A stretch of DNA of 61,686 bases, counting the filler. It is 7 parts of 7 records of this genome, joined end to end, with 100 filler letters (N's around TTAATTAATTAA, not from the genome) between each part and the next. Parts side by side here need not be neighbours in the genome. Positions count along the whole stretch, not along the records: positions 16,015 to 22,156 come from SRR22947725_1149; positions 22,257 to 31,680 come from SRR22947725_1151; 5 more parts are not named here. One strand, given 5' to 3'. The number at the start of each line of letters is the position of its first letter. The stretch's first letter is position 1. Of the stretch, positions 18,707 to 26,932 are shown one piece after another. The notes beneath the pieces were generated by a model that saw only the letters and a program-made list of their open reading frames with translations, was not told the origin of the DNA and did not search any database. A program made the position numbers and the translations under genes.

Positions 18707-19170
18707 TAATCAATGGGTAAGACTCTAGATTTTCCATTTCTTTTTATGATTCTTACTTTCTGATTTCTTTCATATCGGATTTCGCTAGATTCCTGGATAA
18801 TAGACACAAGCCTTCCCGTGGTTGTTTCTATCAACAACTCAACTCCATTTTTTTTAGTTAAAGATGAGCCTATATTTGCTCCAATAGCACTACCTGCTAG
18901 AGCTCCGAGAACAGAAGCAATATCTGACTCAGTATCAGAATCAGTTGTATTTTTACCAGCAACTCCACCAATTGCTGCACCTGCAGCTGCACCAAGCCTT
19001 CTATCACCTTCGATAGTTACATTAGTAATATCTATAATAGTACCAAGAGTTATACTTTGTTGTTTCTGAACATCGCTTCGAGATACTGTAGTAGGTTGCT
19101 GTGACATATTTACACAACTTGATGTAAATAGACCTAAAAGTATTATTATTGGAAGTTTATTTTTTATCAT
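18706..19170 (-). CDS. Glycine-zipper 2TM outer membrane lipoprotein (SlyB/Pcp-like)
   Basis: Lipobox TSSC; GAAAGAAIGGVAG and GALAGSAIGANIG; SIIQE. Confidence 0.85.
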   Translation of the reverse strand: MIKNKLPIIILLGLFTSSCVNMSQQPTTVSRSDVQKQQSITLGTIIDITNVTIEGDRRLGAAAGAAIGGVAGKNTTDSDTESDIASVLGALAGSAIGANIGSSLTKKNGVELLIETTTGRLVSIIQESSEIRYERNQKVRIIKRNGKSRVLPID

Positions 19171-19558
19171 TGACCTGCTCCATTTTTTTATATTTGCGAT
19201 TTAAATCATCTGTAATTATATAATATGTTTTATCCTTGGTGAATCCGTCTAGAAGATTTACTTTATAGATATCTCCATTAAAAAAAGGCTCGATAAGTTT
19301 AACTCTGTAACCCTTTTTCAGCCTCACCAATCTTCTTGAATCTATGAAGGAGAATTGATTCCAATCACCATACTCCCTTCCTCTAAATGTATGAAGTGCA
19401 TCTTGAGGCATTTGATATAAAACCTGGCCATTTCCTGAAAATCTGCTGCTATGAATATCAAGCATCCATATATCATCAGGCTGAACTATCTCATCAACGC
19501 TTTCTTCAGAATATGCAACCATGGATAATAATAAAGTTAGTATGTATATTAGTTTCAT
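19157..19558 (-). CDS. Hypothetical exported protein
   Basis: Signal-peptide-like N-terminus; overlaps downstream lipoprotein by 14 bp. Confidence 0.65.
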   Translation of the reverse strand: MKLIYILTLLLSMVAYSEESVDEIVQPDDIWMLDIHSSRFSGNGQVLYQMPQDALHTFRGREYGDWNQFSFIDSRRLVRLKKGYRVKLIEPFFNGDIYKVNLLDGFTKDKTYYIITDDLNRKYKKMEQVNDKK

Positions 19559-19710
19559 ATTATTTGTGACAAAAAATTTATTAAATAGTTCCGAATATAA
19601 AGATTTATAAAATATATTAAAAAGTTATTACTATTGTAATTAACTATTTAATACTCAACTATTAGAACATAAAACACGATTCAAAATTTATATAATGATA
19701 AAATTTAATT

Positions 19711-21693
19711 ATGAAAAATAAATTTCTACTGCTTCTTCTAATTCCTTTTATTGGCATGTCTGCTAATGAAGTTAATACTGGTCATGCAACGGTTTCTTTA
19801 ATCAAAAGCTCAGATAATTTAAATATAAACCAATCATATATTGGAATAAAATTTGATCTTGACAACGGTTGGCATACATATTGGAGGAACCCAGGTGATT
19901 CTGGTGGCCCGTTAGAAGTTAAATGGAATTTGCCTAATAATCTTGAATTAGGCCAAATTAATTGGCCAGCCCCACATTTAATACCTTATCCGCCCTTGAT
20001 GACATATGGTTATGATGATCAGGTTATTTTTCCTTATGAAGTTATAGAGAGTATAGGCATTGATTCTGATGCGTTAATTGAAGTTTCTATAGATTTTTTA
20101 ATATGTGCGGATGTATGCATTCCAGAAAAAGCTGTTATAAAAACCTCTCTTGGTGAAATTGCATTTGACAATAGCCTTGCTGAAGTTCAATCAAAAATAC
20201 CTTCAATTGTTTTACCAGTTGAGGCAAGTATAAATGGTGAAATTTTAGAGATAAGATTTTCTAAAACAATGACTGCTTCAGATGTTTATTTCTTCTCTGA
20301 AAATAAAGATTTTGTTAATCATGCTTCAAAGCAAGAACTTCTAGAATATGAGAATTCTTTTCTTCTTAAAATAGAACTGCTCGATATTAAGCCTGATAAT
20401 AAAAATATTAAAGGTGTTATTGAGATAGATGAAAGCTTATATTTAATAGATTCTGATTTAACTAATTATGCTGAAAAAGATAATGCATTTGGAATGCTTC
20501 AAGCTCTATTGTTTGCTTTTATAGGAGGCTTGATATTAAATCTCATGCCATGTGTCTTTCCAGTTATATCGCTTAAGGTGCTTAGTTTTGTGTCAATGAG
20601 TGGTGAGTCAGAATCCAAGATACGGCTTCATTCTCTTAGTTTTTCACTTGGTGTATTGTTATCATTTATTGCTATTGCTGTTCTTTTGATAATCTTGAAA
20701 GAGTCCGGTAACTATTTGGGATGGGGTTTTCAGCTTCAGTCTCCATTAATAGTTTCATCTTTAGCGATTGTAATGTTTGTTATTGGTCTTGTTTTGCTGA
20801 CAGATATAAATATAGGTAGTTCTCTAACTAGATCTAATCTTAACAAAGAATCATATTCGGGTTATTTGAATTCTTTCTTAACAGGTGTCCTTGCAGTAAT
20901 TGTTGCCTCACCTTGCACAGCACCATTTATGGGTGCAGCTATTGGATATGCGCTAGTTCAACCATCGGCTTCAACATTACCAATTTTTGCATCTCTTGGG
21001 CTTGGATTTGCAGCACCATATATGCTGCTCAGTGCCAATCCTAGATTAATATCATATATGCCAAGGCCTGGTAAGTGGATGGAAACACTTAAAGAGTTTT
21101 TTGCATTTCCAATGTTTGCAACTGCTTTATGGCTGATATGGGTCTTTAGTATTCAATCCAACTCAGAAAGCTTAATAAGCCTATTATTATGTTTATTACT
21201 TATTGGATTGCTATTTTGGGTACTAAAATCTTTTAAAAATTTTATTATGATTTTGATAGCAACTGTTTTAATTATTGGTTTGATACTTATGCAGCTCTCT
21301 TCAATAAATGATGGTGCTTTGGATAGCTCTTCTTCAGCAGATATAACTAAAAGTAAAACTGGTGATTGGTATTTAGGTATTGAAGATGAGATGCAGGTAA
21401 ATGATCAGGCCTACTTGATTAACTTTACAGCAGCTTGGTGTATTACCTGTCAAGCAAATGATAGGATTGCATTATCAAGACCCCTTGTAAAAGAATACTT
21501 ACTTAATAACAAAATAAGCTACGTGGTTGCAGACTGGACTAATAAAGATAGTAATATTTTAAAATCTTTGAATTTTTATGGCAGAAGTGGCGTTCCTTTA
21601 TATGTATATTGGAAGCCTGGAATGGCTGAACCTGATATTCTTCCTGCCATTCTTACAGAAAAGCTACTGCTTGATAAATTAGATAATTCTTAA
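19711..21693 (+). CDS. dsbD: Thiol:disulfide interchange protein DsbD family
   Basis: WHTYWRNPGDSG and CADVC N-domain; NLMPCVFP and SPCTAPF membrane domain; AAWCITC thioredoxin domain. Confidence 0.92.
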   Translation: MKNKFLLLLLIPFIGMSANEVNTGHATVSLIKSSDNLNINQSYIGIKFDLDNGWHTYWRNPGDSGGPLEVKWNLPNNLELGQINWPAPHLIPYPPLMTYGYDDQVIFPYEVIESIGIDSDALIEVSIDFLICADVCIPEKAVIKTSLGEIAFDNSLAEVQSKIPSIVLPVEASINGEILEIRFSKTMTASDVYFFSENKDFVNHASKQELLEYENSFLLKIELLDIKPDNKNIKGVIEIDESLYLIDSDLTNYAEKDNAFGMLQALLFAFIGGLILNLMPCVFPVISLKVLSFVSMSGESESKIRLHSLSFSLGVLLSFIAIAVLLIILKESGNYLGWGFQLQSPLIVSSLAIVMFVIGLVLLTDINIGSSLTRSNLNKESYSGYLNSFLTGVLAVIVASPCTAPFMGAAIGYALVQPSASTLPIFASLGLGFAAPYMLLSANPRLISYMPRPGKWMETLKEFFAFPMFATALWLIWVFSIQSNSESLISLLLCLLLIGLLFWVLKSFKNFIMILIATVLIIGLILMQLSSINDGALDSSSSADITKSKTGDWYLGIEDEMQVNDQAYLINFTAAWCITCQANDRIALSRPLVKEYLLNNKISYVVADWTNKDSNILKSLNFYGRSGVPLYVYWKPGMAEPDILPAILTEKLLLDKLDNS

Positions 21694-21733
21694 ATTTAAA
21701 CTATAATGTCTTAAATAAATTTTTGAGGCTTAT

Positions 21734-22156
21734 ATGTCTGATAATACATTTGTTCTATTTTCAAACCTTCATCTATTAACTTTATTGCTTGTTACATCCG
21801 TATGTATAATTGTTCCTTTGAGAATGAAAAATGCAACTCAGAAAGCCACTGACAATGTATCAAAATTAATAGCGTATGTGATACTGGCACATGTTATTAC
21901 CTCTCCATTAAAAGATTTATTCTATTTAGAGACTCCCTATAATTGGAGAGAGGTTTTGCCTTTTCATATGTGTGATCTGTCAGAGATATTTGTAGCATGG
22001 TTCTTGCTAGGTGGTCCTAAAATTTGCTACAAAATTGCATTTTTTTGGGGAATGGCTGGTGCAACATTGGCCATGATAACCCCAGATATACAGAAATTTG
22101 ATATAGAGTATGTTTATTTTTACATTGGGCATGGAATGATAATTTTAGGAATTATG
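21734..22156 (+). CDS. YwaF/TIGR02206-like integral membrane protein, 3'-truncated
   Basis: FSNLH, LPFHMCD, AMITPD, FYIGHG motifs. Confidence 0.75.
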
Positions 22157-22256
22157 NNNNNNNNNNNNNNNNNNNNNNNNNNNNNNNNNNNNNNNNNNNN
22201 TTAATTAATTAANNNNNNNNNNNNNNNNNNNNNNNNNNNNNNNNNNNNNNNNNNNN
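22157..22256. other. Artificial contig spacer
   Basis: 44 N + TTAATTAATTAA + 44 N. Confidence 0.97.
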
Positions 22257-22503
22257 TTTCATGGGAACAGTAATTGGTATGATTCAGGCTTTTGACAAGA
22301 TTGAAGCAGCTGGAGACATGCAGCCATCTTTAGTAGCTGGAGGTATTAAAGTTGCCTTACTTACAACTGTATTTGGTCTTATTGTAGCAATTATTTTACA
22401 AATATTTTACAATTATATTATATCTAAAATTGATAGTATTGTAAATGATATGGAAAATGCTTCAATATCTCTTATGGATTTATTAGTTAACAATAAAAAA
22501 TAA
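22257..22503 (+). CDS. exbB: MotA/TolQ/ExbB proton channel protein, 5'-truncated
   Basis: FMGTVIGMIQAF, AGGIKVALLTTVFGLIVAI. Confidence 0.92.
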
Positions 22504-22505
22504 TT

Positions 22506-22919
22506 ATGAATTTATATAAAGGAACATACTACACAGCTGGTATACTATCTTTAATAGGTATACTTTTAGTTGGATTTATAATTCAAGGATCTACCGACCT
22601 AATAAGTACGCTATTGTATATAGCATACATTATATTAGCTCTAATTATATCTTTTGTTTTATTCTTTACGTTAAAAAACATTACGTCTAATAAAGATTTG
22701 CTATTAAGTACTACTAAGGTTGTAGGAATATTTTTAGGTACAGCATTAATCTGTTACTTTGTTTTGTCATCTGGAGAAGAAACTCCTTTAAGAGATGGTA
22801 ATATTCTATCTGCATCTGGCTCTAAATTAGTTAGCGCAGGATTATTCATGTTCTATGCACTTATAGTAGCTGCAACATGTATAATGATGTTTTTTGGAGT
22901 AAAAAACATTAAAAAATAA
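22506..22919 (+). CDS. Four-TM hypothetical membrane protein in exbB-exbD operon
   Basis: Four hydrophobic stretches; 2-3 bp gaps to neighbours. Confidence 0.8.
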   Translation: MNLYKGTYYTAGILSLIGILLVGFIIQGSTDLISTLLYIAYIILALIISFVLFFTLKNITSNKDLLLSTTKVVGIFLGTALICYFVLSSGEETPLRDGNILSASGSKLVSAGLFMFYALIVAATCIMMFFGVKNIKK

Positions 22920-22922
22920 ATT

Positions 22923-23519
22923 ATGGCTAAAAGATCATCCCCTGAAGTTAATGCAGGATCAATGGCTGATATTGCATTTTTATTACTAATTTTTTTCTTG
23001 GTTACTACTACCATTGAAACTGATTCTGGTATTAGTAGAAAGCTTCCTCCAATTGAAGAATCAGAAGAAGATGTAATAATCAAGCAAAAAAATATTTTCA
23101 CAGTTTTATTAAATGGTAAAGATCAGCTTTTAGTTGAAGATGAAGTAATGGAATTAGAAGAGTTAAGAGATGCTGCTATCAAATTCTTAGACAATGGTGG
23201 TGGTTCGGGAGAAGATAAGTGTGATTATTGTAAAGGAGCTGGTGATCCAAAATCATCTGATAACCCTGATAAAGCAATTATTTCATTAAAAAATGAAAGA
23301 GAAACTACCTATGCTACATACATTTCCGTTCAAAATGAACTTGTAGCAGCTTACACATCTCTTAGAAACAAAAGAGCTGAAGAGTTATTTGGAGTTTCTT
23401 ATACCGAGATGCAGAAAAATTACAAAGATGTTAACTGGCCAGGTAGTAAATTAAAATTAAAAGAAAACATAACTCAAATTAAACTAGAATATCCTCAAAA
23501 ATTATCTGAGGTTCAATAA
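22923..23519 (+). CDS. exbD: ExbD/TolR family protein
   Basis: VNAGSMADIAFLLLIFFLVTT transmembrane Asp motif. Confidence 0.92.
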   Translation: MAKRSSPEVNAGSMADIAFLLLIFFLVTTTIETDSGISRKLPPIEESEEDVIIKQKNIFTVLLNGKDQLLVEDEVMELEELRDAAIKFLDNGGGSGEDKCDYCKGAGDPKSSDNPDKAIISLKNERETTYATYISVQNELVAAYTSLRNKRAEELFGVSYTEMQKNYKDVNWPGSKLKLKENITQIKLEYPQKLSEVQ

Positions 23520-23527
23520 CAAATATT

Positions 23528-24013
23528 ATGTCTAAATTTAATAAGAAAAAAAAAGGTGAATTGCCAGCTGTGAATACAGCTTCTCTTCCTGATATAGTTT
23601 TTATGCTATTATTCTTCTTTATGGTTGCTACTGTCATGAGAGATAATGAATTGAAAATAAAAAATGAACTTCCTGCTGCTGATCAAGTTGAAAAATTAGA
23701 CAAGAAAGATTTGGTTATGTATATATACCTAGGAAGACCTAATGATGGCTTTAAGGATCAGTTCGGAGAAGAAGCTAGAATTCAACTCAACGATAAGTTT
23801 GCAGAAGTTTCTGATGTTCCTGCCTTCATATATTCGGAAAGAGAATCTAAACGAGAAGAATTAAGGCCTTTTCTGACAACTGCTTTAAAAGTTGATAAGG
23901 AAGCTTCTATGGGAATTGTAGGAGATGTTAAACAAGAACTTCGAAAGGTCAATGCTTTAAAAATCAACTATACTACTCGAATTGGTGATGTTTCTTTAAA
24001 TAAGAAGAATTAG
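23528..24013 (+). CDS. exbD: ExbD/TolR family protein (second copy)
   Basis: TASLPDIVFMLLFFFMV; LKVDKEASMG. Confidence 0.92.
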   Translation: MSKFNKKKKGELPAVNTASLPDIVFMLLFFFMVATVMRDNELKIKNELPAADQVEKLDKKDLVMYIYLGRPNDGFKDQFGEEARIQLNDKFAEVSDVPAFIYSERESKREELRPFLTTALKVDKEASMGIVGDVKQELRKVNALKINYTTRIGDVSLNKKN

Positions 24014-24026
24014 AGAAATGATTTTT

Positions 24027-25439
24027 TTAAAGTTGTTTTCTTAATCTTGCTACTGGAATATTTAATTGCTCTCTATATTTAGACACTGTTCTTCTTGCTA
24101 TTTTGTACCCCTCTTTGTGCAACAGTTTTACTAACGAATCATCAGTTTCAGGCTTTCTCTTGTCTTCTTGATGAATAATTCTCTCAAGTTTTTTCTTTAC
24201 CTCTATTGTTGATATTTCTTCTCCTTTGTTATTTATCATTGATTCACTAAAGAACTCTTTAATCAATTTTGTTCCATAAGGCGTGTCAACGTATTTGCTA
24301 TTTGCAACTCTAGAAATTGTGGAGATGTCCATATTAATCTTGTCTGCAATATTCTTTAAAATCATTGGTTTTATTTTTTTTTCATCACCAGACAAAAAGT
24401 AAGCTTCTTGATAAGTCATAATTGCCTTCATAGTCAACATTAATGTTTGTTGCCTTTGTTCAATTGCTTCAATAAACCATTTTGCAGAATCTAATTTTTG
24501 TTTAATAAACTGTACTGCTTCTTTTTGAGATTTTCTATTTTTTTCTAACCTGTAACCTTTAAGCATTTCTGTATATTCCCTACTAACATTCATAGTTGGT
24601 TTATTTCTACCATTTAGACTTAAAAGTAATTCATCATTTACAATTTCGATCTTAAAATCTGGAATAACTTGCTCAACCAATTTTGAGCTATTAATCGATA
24701 GAGAATTAGCTGGTTTTGGATTTAATTTTTCAATTTCTTTAACTGCTATTTTTAATTCTTTTTCTGAAATCTGATATTTACTTAGTAGTTTTTCAAAATG
24801 TCTTTTTGTAAATAAATCAAATGAATTTTCGATTATATTTATGGCTAATTTTACACTTATTTCATTTGAATCTTTTCTTTTTAATTGTAATGCTAAACAC
24901 TCCTGAAGAGACCTTGCGCCAATCCCAGCAGGATCTAAGTTTTGAATAGTTTTTAGAATGATTTCAACAGTCTTGTATTCTGTAATTATATTTTGTGTAA
25001 AAGCAAGATCATCAATTATATCTTCTAGATTTTGGCGAATGTACCCATCTTCGTCAATACATCCAACTAGAAATTCTGCAATTTTCATTTCTAAATCATT
25101 TAATCTTTCTGTGTGTAATTGATTTAAAATTAGTTGAGTAAATGATATTCCAGACGCATAGGGAATAGAATTTTCTTCTTTATTAGAAGAATTATAAGAA
25201 TTGAGTTTGTAATCAGGAATTTCATCATCATTGATATAATCATCTACATCGATATTATCATCATCTTTAAATTCATCCTTATTTGCAAGTTCTGTTATTT
25301 CAAGTGCAGGGTTTTCTTCAATTTCTTGTTTTAGTTTTTGTTCAAAATCTAAAACAGGTAATTGAATTAACTTCATCAATTGTATTTGTTGAGGAGAGAG
25401 CTTTTGTAATAACTTTAATTTTAAGGATTGCTTAAGCAT
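24027..25439 (-). CDS. rpoN: RNA polymerase sigma-54 factor
   Basis: Q/L-rich region I, STISRV HTH, RpoN box ARRTVSKYRE. Confidence 0.96.
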   Translation of the reverse strand: MLKQSLKLKLLQKLSPQQIQLMKLIQLPVLDFEQKLKQEIEENPALEITELANKDEFKDDDNIDVDDYINDDEIPDYKLNSYNSSNKEENSIPYASGISFTQLILNQLHTERLNDLEMKIAEFLVGCIDEDGYIRQNLEDIIDDLAFTQNIITEYKTVEIILKTIQNLDPAGIGARSLQECLALQLKRKDSNEISVKLAINIIENSFDLFTKRHFEKLLSKYQISEKELKIAVKEIEKLNPKPANSLSINSSKLVEQVIPDFKIEIVNDELLLSLNGRNKPTMNVSREYTEMLKGYRLEKNRKSQKEAVQFIKQKLDSAKWFIEAIEQRQQTLMLTMKAIMTYQEAYFLSGDEKKIKPMILKNIADKINMDISTISRVANSKYVDTPYGTKLIKEFFSESMINNKGEEISTIEVKKKLERIIHQEDKRKPETDDSLVKLLHKEGYKIARRTVSKYREQLNIPVARLRKQL

Positions 25440-25450
25440 TTGTTAAGTTT

Positions 25451-26884
25451 TTAAAACTCTGCATTTTGTGGAGTCCTTGGAAAAGGAATTACATCTCTAA
25501 TATTAGACATTCCAGTCGCGAACATAATTAATCTTTCAAATCCGAGTCCAAATCCTGAATGTTGAGCTGTTCCGAACTTTCTCAAATCTGTGTACCACCA
25601 TAAATCTTCTGGATTTACACCGATATCATTCATTTTTTTATTTAAAATATCTAATCTTTCTTCACGTTGAGAACCTCCAACAATTTCTCCAATTCCCGGA
25701 AATAGAATGTCCATCGCTTTAACAGTTTTATTGTCTTCATTTAATTTCATGTAAAAAGCCTTAATTTTTGCAGGATAGTCATAAATTATGACTGGACATT
25801 TAAAATGTTTTTCAACTAAATATCTTTCATGTTCACTTTGTAGATCTGCACCCCAGTTTTCTATTATATATTTAAATTTTTTCTTCTTGTTGGGCTTACA
25901 ATTTTTTAGTATTTCAAAAGCTTCGGTATAACTTACTCTCATAAAATCATTGCTTACAACAAAGTTGATTTTATCAATTAGTGTCATTTCATTTCTAAGA
26001 TTTTGTGGCTTTGTTTTATCTTCATTAATTAGTCTTTGTTCTAAAAATTTAAGGTCCTCAATATTGTTTTTGAGAATGTATTGAAGCAGATATTTTAAAA
26101 AACTTTCAGCTAAATCCATATTTCCATTTAAATCCATAAAGGCAACTTCTGGTTCAATCATCCAAAATTCAGACAAATGTCTTGATGTATTTGAATTTTC
26201 TGCTCTAAATGTTGGCCCAAAAGTATATACCTTACCCAGTGACATAGCATAGGTTTCTGCTTCTAATTGTCCAGAAACCGTTAGACTTGTTTCTTTACCA
26301 AAAAAATCTTTAGTGAAATCAACTTCGCTATTTTCGTTCAGTGGCGGACTTTTTGGATCTAGAGTTGTTACTCTAAACTGCTCTCCTGCTCCCTCTGCAT
26401 CACTGGATGTAATAATAGGGGTGTGAACATAGTAAAAACCATTTGAGTTGAAATAATTATGAACAGCAAATGATAAATTTGATCGAAGCCTCATTATCGC
26501 ACTAAAAGTATTTGTTCTGGTTCTTAAATGCGCATTTTCACGTAGAAATTCAAAAGAATGTTTTTTTGGCTGTATAGGAAATTCTTCTGAGTCACATTCA
26601 CCTAAAACCTTTAAGTTAGATACAATAATCTCAAATTTTTGACCACTTCCTTGACTTTCTACTAAATCACCTGTAATCTCTAAACTTGTACCAGTATTTA
26701 TTTTTTTTAAAATACTTTCGTCAAAATTTTCAAAATCTACAACACATTGCACACTAGATATAGACGATCCATCATTTAATGCGATAAAGCGATTAGCCCT
26801 AAAAGTTCTAACCCAACCATTTATGGTTACTTTAGATACAGTTTTGGTACTTAGCAAAAGATCTTTTATTGAACAGTTTTTCAT
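25451..26884 (-). CDS. asnS: Asparagine--tRNA ligase
   Basis: GWVRT OB-fold, LTVSGQLEAE, FRAENSNTSRHL, GGSQREER, GFGLGFER. Confidence 0.97.
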   Translation of the reverse strand: MKNCSIKDLLLSTKTVSKVTINGWVRTFRANRFIALNDGSSISSVQCVVDFENFDESILKKINTGTSLEITGDLVESQGSGQKFEIIVSNLKVLGECDSEEFPIQPKKHSFEFLRENAHLRTRTNTFSAIMRLRSNLSFAVHNYFNSNGFYYVHTPIITSSDAEGAGEQFRVTTLDPKSPPLNENSEVDFTKDFFGKETSLTVSGQLEAETYAMSLGKVYTFGPTFRAENSNTSRHLSEFWMIEPEVAFMDLNGNMDLAESFLKYLLQYILKNNIEDLKFLEQRLINEDKTKPQNLRNEMTLIDKINFVVSNDFMRVSYTEAFEILKNCKPNKKKKFKYIIENWGADLQSEHERYLVEKHFKCPVIIYDYPAKIKAFYMKLNEDNKTVKAMDILFPGIGEIVGGSQREERLDILNKKMNDIGVNPEDLWWYTDLRKFGTAQHSGFGLGFERLIMFATGMSNIRDVIPFPRTPQNAEF

Positions 26885-26904
26885 TTAACTATAAATTATA
26901 TTTT

Positions 26905-26912
26905 CAAAGATA
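26905..26912 (-). promoter_or_regulatory. Bacteroidota -7 promoter element for asnS
   Basis: TATCTTTG matches the TAnnTTTG consensus, about 20 nt upstream of the ATG. Confidence 0.6.
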
Positions 26913-26932
26913 AGTATTAAAATAAATTATAC

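Noticed and set aside
19630-19663. Three ACTATT copies in the divergent spacer before dsbD
   Set aside because: Short, AT-rich and irregularly spaced (13 and 15 bp); compatible with chance
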